Made by a program: the position numbers and the translations under genes | Part shown: piece after piece, positions 11,662 to 25,187 of the stretch | Position numbering within the stretch: position 1 is the first letter of the stretch | How the letters are laid out: each line of letters opens with the position of its first letter | The notes under the pieces: generated by a model | Database searches by the model: none | Told to the model about the DNA's origin: nothing | What the model saw: only the letters and a program-made list of their open reading frames with translations | Source: Podarcis vaucheri | Taxonomy: Eukaryota | DNA: 64,000 bases | Strand: one strand, 5' to 3' | NCBI GenBank assembly: GCA_965113315.1 | Contig: OZ220368.1

Positions 11662-12396
11662 CTTGGTAATAAGACAAAAAACACACATCAGAGGTTAGAC
11701 ATTTTTTCTTTTTTAAAGGGTAATAGGATTAGTACTACTCAATCATTGTTCAAACGCTTATATGCTAACTGGAGAAATAAGATCTGCTGATAAAGTTAAC
11801 AATCTTAAAGTGTGTTAAAGTATCACTTCCAGATGAATCTGCGGGTTTTTAAGGGAGTGAATGAAGCACAAGGCCATTCCAGTGCACTAAGGTTAGTTCA
11901 TGGCTTGGTATGTCAAATGCTTCTAGGATCCCAAATCACATTAGTAAGAAGGTCACAGCAAAAAAATAAATAAATGAGTATTCATTTTTCCCTGCCGCAG
12001 TGTCTCCCCCCCCCCCCCCGGGTTGAGAGTTATAAAGGATCAAAGGACACAACAGGTCTGAATCTTATTGATGCCTTAATCATTGTTCTGTTTCAGGCTG
12101 CTGCTAAAGTATAATTAACATTATCCGTTCAATTCCTTCTGCTCACATGGGAACGGTCACATTCTGTTCTCGTGTGCCACCAGCCTTTGGGGACTCTGAC
12201 ACAGCATCAGAATCCACATGTCTCCATGAATTTGTTGGTCCCCTCCCCCCCCCAAAAAAAACCCCTAAATGTGCCCTACTTCAAATGACTAGTGCAAAAT
12301 ACAGGCATATGTTTTGCAAGAGAAAAGAAAGAAAGCCACAAGGCCAGGTTGTTCCTAATGCACACCAGAGAAGGCTATTCAGGTTTTGGTATCTAC

Positions 12397-12582
12397 CTTG
12401 TTATAACTCCGTCCCGCAGAGTCCTTCTCGTTAGGCTTCAGATCTTGCAGCTGAGCATCAAGAATATCCACCAACTGTTCCATCAGTCTGACTGAAGAAC
12501 TCACATCACCAGCGTAGATTTGTCCTTTGGTATGTTTAGCCAGTTCATTGGCAAGGCTAGCAGCATTTTCTCCACTTCTGAT
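12397..12582 (-). CDS. ADGRL2: ADGRL2 exon, GAIN subdomain A start (186 nt)
   Basis: atttcag|ATCAGAAG...AACAAG|gtagat encodes [62 protein letters not shown]. Confidence 0.97.
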
Positions 12583-12753
12583 CTGAAATGACAATTTAAA
12601 TTATTTTAGGGATGCCCCCACTGCCACTTAATTCTTAGAACACTTTATTTCTAAATAGAAAGGTGGGTTATTTTTTGTTACATCTTTTTTATATATCTTT
12701 CAAAGTTGTTTTGTCCTTAAAAAAACAACTGCCCTACACCCACAAAAAATGAG

Positions 12754-12756
<3 letters not shown>

Positions 12757-12799
<43 letters not shown>

Positions 12800-12927
12800 T
12801 TATTATTTATACCCCCGCCCATCTGGCTGGGTTTCCCCAGCCACTCTGGGCGGCTTCCAAAAGAATATTAAAATACTGTGATACATCAAACATTAAAAGC
12901 TTCCCTAAAAAGGGCTGCCTTCAGATG
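12757..12927 (-). mobile_element. 5'-truncated L2-like LINE 3' end with (ATT)n tail
   Basis: Minus strand ends ...CAGATGGGCGGGGGTATAAATAATAAA(TTA)n; ATGAGATA on both flanks is a possible TSD. Confidence 0.7.
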
Positions 12928-12981
12928 AGATAATATGCAACACTGCTTAGATTTAGTAAAGTGCTATATGCATTGATGGTG

Positions 12982-12982
<1 letters not shown>

Positions 12983-13016
<34 letters not shown>
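12983..13016 (+). repeat. (TCTA)n microsatellite
   Basis: Read directly. Confidence 0.9.
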
Positions 13017-14205
13017 ATGTCAATTCCAAGCATTCCATTCTACTCTCTCAATGCTCCATCACATTTTCAGTGTGACCAACAAATTCTATGCAGAATGGGG
13101 CTACGGAAATAGTAGAAGACTTGATTCTTAATCGCCAGGATCTGCAGGGCTAAGGAATGAGCCCCCTTTTCCCAAGTGTCTGCTTTCTTCTCCAGGAGTG
13201 AATGGCCACCATTCATCCCGTGGTGGGATGATAAAGTGCTGCATGGAGAACTCTGCATTTGCAGGGAGCAAACCCAACCAATCTCCGCAGGCATTTGAGA
13301 TTTTTCCCCCCTTTGTGCTTCTTTGGAGGAAGCGGTGGGAAATGAGGCAGTTTGTTTGTGATGTTTCCTCCCACCCGCAATCTCCAAGAGCTGGGTTTCA
13401 GCACAGGGCAGTCCATCTGAAACACAGGCTCTTTTGTGGGGTGGGGAGTGTAACATAGGATATCTTTATTTGCTTTTCACCCCAGCAGTTACGGAGGCTG
13501 TCAATGTGGCAGGCAGAACGAAGAGCGGTGTCAGTACAGTACAGCTCAAATATTTAGGAAACGAGAATGGGATACAAGAGCTGATAGCTAAGGACAGAAA
13601 CTGTCCATCCTCTCCCTCTCTTATGCATATTAACTTTCACAAGGATTTCCTGCTAGCAACACAGTGTTTTAAAAATTTCCTTAATTTTACTTATAGACCA
13701 CCCTTTATTAAACCAAATAAAAATACAGAGCAGGTGCTCAATGAATGGCTGTTCCGTTAATGTCTCCATGCTTGTGTACCTTTGCTGAAAAATCCCTTAG
13801 CTCCAGCTAGGCAAAGATCAAAGCAGAGGAAACAGCCTTTTCCTTGGTGCAAATATGATGGGCAGCACCATTTCCTGTGAAGGATGTGGGAACTGTAGCT
13901 CTTGGAAGGAGAAGATGCTCCGTTGAAAGCTAGGAGAGCCCTATAACTGCCACATCCTCTGCTTTAACTGTCACCTGGCTGAAACCAACATTGTTTGCCT
14001 TGAGGCAGAGTAAGCAGCAGTTTGCAAGGTGAAACCACAAGTGCGTTTGCCCCAACCCTCGAAGTGAGCAATCTCATGACATATTAAAGCCCTGGGATGG
14101 CAGGGCACTTGATTTAGTTTCGCGCAACGTTCCCAGTGTTTGTCATAAGCATCTGTGCTGGTAATCATGGGCATGGTATCATATCAAAAATATTTTCCAA
14201 CCCAC

Positions 14206-14309
14206 CTTCTGAGCCAGCTGGTTTACCCAGTGTGAAGTACAGTTGCTAAGATCAGGACCATTCGGGTTCCATTTTCCAGTGGAAACCATGCAGAGGTATG
14301 AAGCTGTTC
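14206..14309 (-). CDS. ADGRL2: ADGRL2 exon, HormR domain (104 nt)
   Basis: tatatag|GAACAGCT...CAGAAG|gtgggt encodes [35 protein letters not shown]. Confidence 0.96.
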
Positions 14310-14871
14310 CTATATAAAAGATGAGGAAAAATGAAATGGAGGTAAGAGTGTTCAAGCTGTACGTGCATGTGTACATATTTTTTAATGTTTCGTAAGCACC
14401 TGGGAAATACTGGATTAGGGCTTCAGTACTTAAGTCGCTTTAAAAGAGACTAAGGAAGCCTGTAGGAAAATGAGGTAACAAAAGGCAATGCTGCCAATTA
14501 AAAGCAATGCTAACAAAGCCAGGACAAAATATCAGACTTTATGCTGAATAAACAGAGAGAAAAAGAAAAAGCTCTAGCATTTTCTGGAAACCATCCAAAG
14601 TGGAGTTCATAATGAGAAATACAGCAGAAAGCAAGTGTGGCTGAAGTCCTGTCTGTTGCAAAGACCTATGATCTGGAATCCTCGAGAAGGGGCTGGAATG
14701 TAATTCTGTACCTAGGCTCCAATGCCCTCTACAGCTTAAAACCTGAAGGTGCCATTTCCTTGCAAGCAGCCAAGATCATAAGAAAGGTAGTCCGAGACTA
14801 AGGAAAAGAGGGTTCAAGATATAGACACCGGAATGTTTATTTAAGCTGAAAATCCAGTTTTAAGGTCTTAC

Positions 14872-15168
14872 CACGAGTTCCTTTGGGACAGGGGCGTTCC
14901 ACCATGTTTCCTCTTGGAGTCTGAGGCCAAGTTATATCCCTTTTCACCTCAAGTTCACAGAACCTCTCTGGCAAAGGGAAAAAGCTTGTAACAGGAGGAA
15001 TTTTGGTCGTTGATACTGCTGGCGGTGGCTTGGGGCCTTTGCTTTCATCCCCCTTCCCCCCAGGTAATGTTGTGCTAATTGGAATTTTCTGTGGCGTGGT
15101 GCTTGTAGTTGACACAGTTGTCTTGTACAGCTCTGTGGAAGGAGTTATGGTCTCGGCTGTGGTAGGCA
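14872..15168 (-). CDS. ADGRL2: ADGRL2 exon, Ser/Thr-rich linker and start of HormR domain (297 nt)
   Basis: ctccccag|TGCCTACC...ACTCGTG|gtaaga encodes [10 protein letters not shown]...[35 protein letters not shown]. Confidence 0.96.
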
Positions 15169-16059
15169 CTGGGGAGAGAAAAGCAGTGTTACACAGAGAA
15201 GTACCCAGAGAAGTGGTTGTGAAAACATTTACACCTGTAAGTATTTCCCTTATAAAATTAAAGTCTCATAGATTCAATATATGAGAGAAAGAAAATGAAT
15301 TGCCAGGTTTTCTGGGGAAATGACTGGATGATAAAAATTATATGTGAGCAGCAGCAATGATGGTAGTAGCAGTAGTAACATCATCATCATCATCTTCATA
15401 CCATCTAGATATGCCACCTAGCTACCAAGAGAGCCATTTCTGGCAAGATAGCAGAATACACAATTTAGAATAATTTGACAGATATAATGTGACTTTTTCA
15501 CCAACCCATTGCTCCCTGTTAAATGCTTCTGAGGAGGACTCTCTGGAACAACGTGGGGAATGATTGGGAAGGAATCACAATGGCTATGTTCTACTTCCAC
15601 TGCTAGAGGTGGTAAACCTCAGAATTGTAGTTACTGAGAATCGCAAGTAGGGAGAACACTATTACACTCAATTTCTGCTTGTGGGTTTCCCATAGGTATC
15701 TGACTGGTCACTATCAGAACAGGACGTTGGATAGCCTGATCTAGCAGGGCTCTACTTGTGTTCCTGTGTTCTTAATGAGTGAATGATCCACCTGCCTTCT
15801 TCATTCAGCAGGAACCATTTCCTGGATACCCATTCCCTCTGCAAACGGGAGGAGCTCTTCCATGGCTGGAACACCAAGGATCCTAAGCATTTATACTAAG
15901 AAGTCTCATTGATTTCAATAATAGAGTAAGTGTGAACAGGAATGCAATCTCAGTATACTGCTGGCAGCACATATTCTCATCTCTCTCTCTCCCTCTTACA
16001 CCCCCCCACACCCCCATCTACCAAATAGTTATATTTCTAAAGACTTCGACTCCCTAGAG

Positions 16060-16195
16060 CAGGCTTCCTCAAACTCGGTCCTCCAGATGTTTTTGGCCTA
16101 CAACTCCCATGATCCCTAGCTAGCAGGACCAGTGGTCAGGGATGATGGGAATTGTAGTCTCAAAACATCTGGAGGGCCGAGTTTGAGGAAGCCTG
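16060..16195. mobile_element. hAT-type palindromic MITE (136 bp)
   Basis: TIRs CAGGCTTCCTCAAACTCGG / CCGAGTTTGAGGAAGCCTG; perfect 8-bp TSD CCCTAGAG at 16052-16059 and 16196-16203. Confidence 0.92.
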
Positions 16196-17275
16196 CCCTA
16201 GAGGCCTTAATAATGATTTATTTCTGTATGATAAAATGTGTGTGAATACTTTTAAACAAAGAAAACATGGCAGAATCTACACTATAAAACTAAGTTCTAT
16301 ATTTGAAAAGCAAAACAAACAAGGAAGCAACAAATGAACAGAATCCAAAACGAAAAAGTAGGTTGTAAATAACCAGGCCGTTTACACACAAAAAACCACC
16401 CTAACTTCATGTCATCCACTCTGCAACTTACAGCAAGATAATTACTGTAACATCTTCCCACCCGGCAGTCATTTTTGCTTGAGAGATTTCCAGCATGCCT
16501 GATTAGACCCAAACAGAAAAAAAGCCTCGCATGCATGTGTTGTTTTAGTGTTTCAACATCTCAGCCTTTAAACATTCCCCTTTCCCTATTTTGATAGAGC
16601 AGGTGTGAAGAAAGAACTAATTCAAGCCAATGGCAAGTACACAGACAGCTTAATCATCGATGTCAAGAAAACTGGATTTGAACAAGAAACTTCTGGTTTG
16701 GGTTCTGTAATTGGTAGTTCTATCAAGCTGACAACATTCAAATTAAAATACATAGGTTTTTTTTCCACATACAAAACATTCCCATTGTACGTAAGATTCC
16801 CAAGAGTAAATAACCTAGTATATGCCGAAGATTATGCTGTTCCACTCAGGACTAATAATTATCACAACTAGACTTTCTTTATACAATAATGAATAAGGCA
16901 TAGAATCATTGACTGTACTTTAAATGGACTGAATGTGTGTCGGGGGGAGCTTCTGTGTGTGGCAAATGGCCTTGTGTATGAGCTCACTCAGACGTATTAC
17001 TCATTTTAACATGGCAGGAGTGACCATGTTTTGCTGTTCCAGGGGAGTCAGGTGTATTAACCTGTTGCATCATATTTATTTTCTAAATGTATGTACCACC
17101 CTTTAGTATATAATCTACATGGTGGTTTATGGAATAAAACCAGCAAAATAATAACAACAGGGCAATAAATGCTAGAAAACGCCAACCATCAATAAAACAG
17201 CAGAAGAAAAGTCATTGTTTTAAAATCCCTCAAATGCTGAAAATCCCAAAGGATCTCAGACTAGGCTGCAAGTGT

Positions 17276-17432
17276 AACATAGGAAGCTGCCTTATAGATT
17301 CAGATCATTGTTCAATGTAGTTCTGCCTGCATTCTTTGGCAGCCTGTTGGGTTTCAGACAGCAGTCTTTTCCAGTCCTGAGACCCAAGACCTTTTGCATA
17401 GAAAAGCATGTGCTCTTCCACTGAACCAAGGC
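17276..17432 (-). mobile_element. tRNA-derived SINE, diverged (same family as 11073)
   Basis: AACATAGGAAGCTGCCTTATA at one end; GCATGTGCTCTTCCACTGA (reverse tRNA head) at the other. Confidence 0.6.
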
Positions 17433-18622
17433 TCCATAAATACACAATTATTATTATTATTATTATTACACACACTCCCAGAGAAGGTTCCACTCATTCT
17501 CACCAGCCACTTTACTTTGGATGAGCAAAATATCTGGAAATCAGCTATTGAATATTATCTTACTACATAAGCTGGTTGACATAAAAGAATCATTCTATCA
17601 GTTATCCCAGTCCCAAGCTGCAGAGGTTTTGTAAGTGCTTGCGCTTTCTGTTGGAGTTGGAAAGGTAGCAGTGGAACTCTCTAAATAATGGCACAATATG
17701 TTCCCAATGACAAGTACAAATGAGCATCCTTGACTTTGTATTTTAGTCTATGTTTTCTTGCAGCCCCAAATACAATTGTTGAAATACTCACGCTTAGAGA
17801 GAAGCGGGACCTTTCTAACTGTGGTGGCTAAGCTATCTTTGTCCAAGAAGGGATTTCACAATGGGAGTACCAGCCTTTGTTGATACTGCCTGGTCTCAGC
17901 TGACAGGGTTGTATGTATGAGCATACATACCCTGAACTATAAACCTGCCCCTTTTGGAGGTGCACAGTTTGGATCAGAACAAGTTGAACACCGCTTTCCT
18001 GAAAAGTACACCTTATCAGAACTGAGCTCTTCCCTAGTCCACTACTGATCTCAAGCCCTAGCGTAGCAATTCCTGGTGTAAAAGTAAGATAGAGGTAGAC
18101 ATAAACAGCTTCTGATTGCACTCAGCTCCAAATGACTTCATTCAACAATTTCAAGAATGTGTTTTTAAAAAGGGAGAAAATAGAACCCAGCAGCATTCTG
18201 TAGTATTAATGCCAAAGCTGTGAAGAATGGTTCCTTTCTGTACCACCCTCTGGAACTGGCCCTTCCAGGGAAGGAGCCACCAAAACACTGTAGTCCAGGC
18301 AGTCTAGAAGATTACCATGGTCAATAGTACACAAAGCTATTGAGAGATCCAGAAGGATTGATTACCAGCATCTATAAGTGCATGCTACCCATCAGTGTGA
18401 CCAGGGCAGCTTTTGTGCCAAAACAGGGCATGGAAATGGATCCAGACAATCAGTTTTATCAAAGATAGCCTGGGCATCTACTCACTTGAACAGCTTGCTC
18501 AAGAAGAGGATATTCGCTGCTGCCTGACAGTTGTTAGAATCCAGTTAAACTCCACTCTTGAGGCAGCTAAGACTGCTCCCTTAGTTGGTGAAGCCACTTC
18601 TGTCAGATGCTATAATCTAGGG

Positions 18623-18754
18623 CAGGGTTCTCCAAACTTTGGTCTCCAGCTGCTTTTGGACTACAGTTCCCATCATCTCTCACCACTGGTCCCGTTAGCT
18701 AGGGATGGTGGGAGTTGTAGTCTATCAATGGAGATGCAAGTTTGGGAAACACTG
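18623..18754. mobile_element. hAT-type palindromic MITE
   Basis: CAGGGTTCTCCAAACTT...AAGTTTGGGAAACACTG with 8-bp TSD ATCTAGGG at 18615-18622 and 18755-18762. Confidence 0.85.
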
Positions 18755-21700
18755 ATCTAGGGGAAGAATCGTGCAGATATGTACAGAGTGCGCTTCTCCA
18801 AACACTGGGGATGAACAGTAAGGATGAATGTGAAGGCTATATCCTTGTTAAACTGCCTCCTAAAGTTGCATTTTTGCCAGACTGTCTAAAGGCAGCCAGA
18901 ACATGATACCAGGACCACCAAGTACTTAAAGCACAATCCCTCAGTACAGTTCTTGAAGTTCTAGGTAGACATGGGAATTTAGGCCATTATTTTGGAGTGT
19001 GCATGCTGCTCTCAACATGGTGGTTATACAGGTCCACTTTATGTGTGTAAACATATGAAACATCTGGAAAAGCAGGCACTTCAAGGGCTCTCTCCCTTGA
19101 ATAATATATATAAAAAATTAAGTTTGCAGGACTGGGAGGCAGAAACCTGGGTTTCCCCATGTGAAATTAAGCTTTGCTTATCATAATTTGCAGGGACAGG
19201 CCTCTGATTTGATCCATCTCCGCTCTTGAAAAGCTTGTCGTAATTGTAAATAACGGTTTCCAGGAAAACTAGAGAGAAAAAACAAAAGGAAAAGGAAAAC
19301 AAAACAAAACAAAAAAGGCCAACCATCAAAGGGTACATTCAAAATTCAAAAGTGGCAGGGTAATCTCCTTCCAAAAAAAGGTAGAGTTGGCAAGCCCGCC
19401 TGTTCATTGGGGTATTAGAGTGCCGCTGGCTACAGTGAAATTCAAAGCAACATTGGCTAGTGGAGCAACACAATTCATTACTTAGGGTTTTTTATTCCAT
19501 CATCTCCACAGGTGTGCCTGCCACTTTTACAAACAAAGAAGAGACAGGTCCCTGCCTGGAGGAATTTACAAACTGTGACAGGTATTCACTCCTTTCCATG
19601 TCAGGCCTTCTGGAAACAACTGGATCTGACACTTTTCAGGTTTAAAATTTTCTCTTTGACACTTATTTCCTAAAGGCTTATTCTTTCTTTTTAAAAAAAG
19701 GGATTTAAACCTCTTCTGTCTTTAGGCTAGAACTTATCAAAAACATATATTCTTGAATGTAAATTGAATTTAACCACAAAATGCAAACAAGGAGAGAGGC
19801 ACCAGGCTGTCTTTTCAAAGAACTTGAAAAGAATGTTTCTTTCTTTTAAAAGAGATGGAGTTTCCAGTTCTTTCAGAGTAGGGACAAGGGTTCTGACAAA
19901 ATAAAAGCCTAACATAAATCTTCCTGCACTCCTACAATGGGCAAAAGCTCTAATCATCCCATCATCTCCATATACTTTTTGAGGGAAACATATTTCACAG
20001 AAAACTGAAGCACAAATCTTTCAGTGTGGATTTATTTATTTTTTATTTTTAGGACAATGGGTGCCAACATGAGAGCCTAAAATGTCCGTAAGAATTTATG
20101 ATTGCATGTGTTGTATGTGGAACTCATTAGTTTCGTATATTTTATGTATATTCTAGAATGGTTCTCAAACTTTTTTTTCCTGGGTCACTTAAAAATTGCT
20201 TGGGGTCTTGGCAGACTACTTAATAATCTTTTTTTTTTGCCACTGCTGCTGTTTTCCTATAAATCAAAGTACATACATAACTAGCATTTTAATAACCGTT
20301 GTCTTTCCTTTCTAATATAATGGATATTCCTGTTTTTGTGAGCAAAGTGGATGGATGTGGAGTCTGCTATTTGTCCGCTTACATGCAGCGGTGCAACCAG
20401 TGGGGGGTCAGGCTTGCATAAATATGAATACAATTTTGTTTTTCATTCCTTAATAGCTACAAATTTCTATTTACATCAAATACTGCAAGGAAGCCAGCAT
20501 CAATTCCCCTTCCAAACAGGTGTCAAACTATAACCAATAGAAAACAACACACAATCAACCAAATTCATCCAATCAAAACCACGCAAGCACGGCTGACAAA
20601 ATGTGACCAGTTGGAACTATGGGATGGATCCACACCAACACTGCACTGCTAGCTATGTCCACTCAGTATTAAGTTCTAGTGAATGCATTGGTGCTTACTC
20701 CTGGGTAAGGAGTTGGGATTGTAGCTGTGCTTCAACCCCACTGAAAATAACTTAAGACTAACTTATCACACTTTTAATAGGACCTAGGCCAAGCTACCTT
20801 AGTCTAAGTCCAGCTCAATGTATGTAAAGCAGTAGGGTGACACTAATTCAGAAAACTTGCCTATTTCACTTCTGGATGAAATCGAAGGAGGCGCATATTT
20901 TTATTTGGCATGATAATCAAAAACAGTGTGATATTATGAAAATCAAGGGCCTGGAACCAGGTCCTCGTTAGATTGTTCATTAAATCCAGCAGTCCCTGGT
21001 CAAAACAACTTTGACTTCCATCATCAGGAGAAAAAACCCTAAATCAAATGCAGAGCCAAGCACTCTTCTCTGTTCCACAATCTTTATGTGGAGCATCTTG
21101 AGCAGAGCTTGTGGAATGCAGTCTAAGAACCTCTTCTTTAGATAGTAATAATTAATACAAACCTGGGTATTTTACCATGATTGTTCATAGCTGTTCCCTC
21201 TTTCTAGCTGAGTGCAAATCATAGTTTTCTGGTTATTTTCTATCTCGAACCAAAAACATCTTGAGCCTCACAGGGTTTTTTCTTGCCCCTAGTCTGAGTG
21301 AGTGCTGCCTGTGCACAATTCTGCTGAGCTGTTTTTTCAGCCCAGCTTCTGGAAAAACCTTTCCAGACCTGTCTATCTTCTCCTGACACCATGTGAAACC
21401 TCGGTAATTTTATTCTGATTATAACGCAGCCAGGCTTTTGATGCTTTCTCAATTAACGTTTGTCAAAAGTGTCACAAGCACTTGCAAAAAAAAAAGTGTC
21501 AAGAAGCCATTACTGATTCAGATCTTGGGGTGTTGTGAGAAGAATCTAGGAAGCTTTTCCTTATTACTAAGATCTTAGACATTCAGTGACACCATGTGCT
21601 TAATTAAGACATTCCTGACGACAGAAATCTGTACCAACAATAGTGCAATTAATACTCTCACAGATCCTCTTACTTTTGACAGCTTCCATCTCATTTTAAG

Positions 21701-24700
21701 CTACACTTGTGCCCTACAGCTTAACATCACTAAAAGGGATCACGATGGCTCCTTTCTGAGGTCCAGTTATGAGGTTAGAATCACAAGAGCATATAATTTC
21801 ATCCACTACTCTAGATGCAGCTGTTCCAGTGCCACCCATGTGGCTATTAAAATCAATACTGAGACACATCTGCTTTGTCTGAAAAATGATCTGCATCTTT
21901 TTTTAAAAGTAATTTGGGGGGGTGCCCTTTTTGTAAAATCGTTTCCTAAAAGCTCTGCGTATTTGCTTAGAATGAGAAACGGCACCAGTTCAGCACTGTT
22001 TTTATTCACCATTTAAAAGCTGAGTGGAGTGGAGTGGCGAAGTCCACACTTCTTTCCCTAAAGGTGGCACCACAATCATCCAAGTAGACTTGGAATTGTA
22101 GAAAGGCTTGGAGGCGGGACATACTCTTGGAAAGTGATGAGAATCCAGGACTTCTTTATTTTAACGTATCTAACAATTCAATAAATTGAAGATGGGCCCA
22201 CACTTGCTATAGAGATGCTCCGAGAAAGCATCATTTTCCCTGCAAGTGGCCAGGAGCTGTAGTTTTGCAATGGTGTCTAGCACACCAAATGCCATAGCTG
22301 CGTCCAGCCTGCGCTGTAGATTAGAAGAGAGACAGAATAACTCTTGTTTGGATTATAAAGTTCCCATCTGCATTCTGGTATGAAGAGTGTTGGCACGGAG
22401 CACTTTCACGCAACAGCATTCCTGTTTAAGGAGGGACAGCATTGTTTCTCACATGAAAACAATAAGCACAGCTAGAGCAGCCCTTACAGATATGTCTCAA
22501 GAAGATTGCAGCTGATTAGCCAACCCGTTCAGCTTCCCACCACCGTTCTGGCTGCACTTTCTGGCTATGTACCCCCCTGGAAGTGCCAGATCACACCTAA
22601 ATGGATAATTATGGAACACACAGGCTGGAAATCCTCTCGTAACTTTTGAATTTGCCTTACCCCATATGTGCCCACTGGCACTTTTACAGGTGCTACTTAA
22701 TACCCACACCATATCAATAAGAATGTGATACGCTGGAACCCACTGCCTATTGATATCATGCAAGAACTAAAAAGAATTCAGTGAAAGCAGCTGCCTGATA
22801 TCAATAGGCAATTCTACCTGGATGTTTAAAAAGTTTGTGTGAGTCTTGATTTTGCTTTAGTCTATTCTATTGTGGTTTTAAAACTTTATGCATGTTTAAA
22901 ATTATGGTTATCATTTTTTAGTGATAATTTTATTGTTTTATCTTTTTGTAAACTGCTTTACTGGTTGTTCTTTTTTCTACAATCAAGTGGTACATAAATT
23001 TTATGAAATAAATAAATAATAATTCAGTGGCAATAAATTTAGCAGGATATCAGTAGAACAAAACAGACAAAAAATTAGGTGATGATAGGATAATGACCTT
23101 GGAAGCAAACTTTGATACACGTTTCAAGGGAAGAATCTCTAACTGAACTGAGTGGAACTTATCTCTGAGAAGCTTTGGATAGAAATACACTACAAGTATA
23201 CTTTTCTCAAATCTGAAAATGTTGGCAAGTAGGTCAGCAGCTATCAGTAAATTCAGAAGGAAAACTTTCAGTCATATTTGAGAAATGTACAGGATGAGAT
23301 CCAAAGAACTATTTAACTAGTTCTTCAGCTGCAAGGGAGATTGAACTTTTGTTCCTGTAAAATCATCACCTCTCCATCTGCCCCAAAACTTGATTCGTCA
23401 AAACTAGGTAAGTTCAGGGGGAGGGAGCAAACCTTACTCAGTGTGGGTCCAGAGTTCACTGCAAACTATCCTGGTGATAGTTTATTCACCAGCTATATAG
23501 ATATAGGTTGATTTAAGGGGAAGGGGGAAGCTGGGAAAGAATGCAACTGGATCGTCTCATGTATCTAACACATTGGCACGTGTTGAAAAGGTGTGCTGAA
23601 AACCCAGCAAATAAAACCGTGTCTGGTGTGTGGGCGCAGTAAATACACACAGAGGACCTTGCTAGACTGTGGCCACATTGTCTCCTTGTCATCACAAAGC
23701 AAGCTGAAGCAAAATGCAAGAGAGAACAAACCAATCCCACAGTCAGCTGCTGTAAAATCAAAGACAATAAGATCCTCAAATTGATGCAATGCAGAAGCAT
23801 GCCATTGTGCCGTACCTAACAGAAATACCTTAGCCCCTAAAAGGACTGGTTTGGAAACAGCATTTTATATTCCATGAAGGTATGCATGAAGAGTGATGGA
23901 TATTGCAAGCTGGGAGGGGATTGCAAAACCATGTTATAGTATAGTTTCAGCACTACAGAAATGGAAAAATCAAGGAGCCTCTTCAGACATGACATTTAAG
24001 AGTTCAATAAACACGGGAGGAAGACTAGTGGGGACAAAGTGTTAGCCTCATCTCCTGTTGTCATTCCTGCTGCCTTTCAACTCGTGGAATGTGGAATTTC
24101 TGCAGCAGGGAAACTTTGGTATCTATGAAGGTTCATCTCATCTTTTAGAACCCATAAGAGGGCTAAGGTGAGGGGAAGTTCTGGCAACGCCACAGCCCCT
24201 GAAATATGGCGAACACAAAGAATACCTCTTGTTCTATCTCAGGAAAACGCACATGTTTGGGGTCAAGAATGACGTTCGGCCTTGGGAGTGAAAATAACAT
24301 CTAAGCTCAGGAGGGCAAGTCAGATGGATGTGACAAAGGACTTGTTTCACTCAAAAGGCGAGACAGTCTACAGTGTTTGAACCCTTTTTGGGGTAGGAAG
24401 CTATGATGCAGTCAGGCACTGACAAGGCAGAGAGATGAAAGACAGAGGGCTCATTGAGTAGGTCAACATATCATTACTGCTCCCATCACAAGTGAAGTGG
24501 CAAAGATTGCTGAGTTTTCCGTAATGGCCCCAAATTAGGCATTCCAACAGAAGAGGCCATGACTTCTGCTGCAGAGGCACTGACCCCATGACATCATTAA
24601 GCACTTCATGTTAGGGCAACTTCCTTTCCCCAAAGCAGAAAGGCCCAGAAATACTACCTTCATGCCCTCATTTTCAAATATCCCATCGCTCTAAGCAGCC

Positions 24701-24961
24701 TATATAAACTCTGACCGCATAAATGATGATCGCAGAAGTGTTTTAGTTGATTTTCTTTTCCTTAATGACTGACAGTTCAGTTTTGCTCATGGAAGATGAA
24801 GGGCAAAATTTGAGATGAACTCTAAAGCTCACGTCCTCACAATCCATGCCTTTTAAATCCAATTAATTCATCTAAAATGAATTAGAAAAATTCTCACCGT
24901 AATCTCAAAATCACATATTAAAGTATTGAAATCCTTTAACTTTACAAAGGCACTGGATATA

Positions 24962-25187
24962 CAGTGGTACCTCAGGTTAAGTACTTAATTCGTTCCAGAG
25001 GTCTGTTCTTAACCTGAATCTGTTCTTAACTTGCAGCACCACTTTAGCTAATGGGGCCTCCCGCTGCTGCTGTGCCGCCGGAGCACGATTTCTGTTCTCA
25101 TCCTGAAGCAAATTTCTTAACCTGAAGCACTATATCTGGGTTAGTGGAGTCTGTAACCTGAAGCGTATGTAACCCGAGGTACCACTG
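24962..25187 (+). mobile_element. Tc1/mariner (Tigger-like) MITE
   Basis: TIR CAGTGGTACCTCAGGTTA / TAACCCGAGGTACCACTG, TA flanks. Confidence 0.9.
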
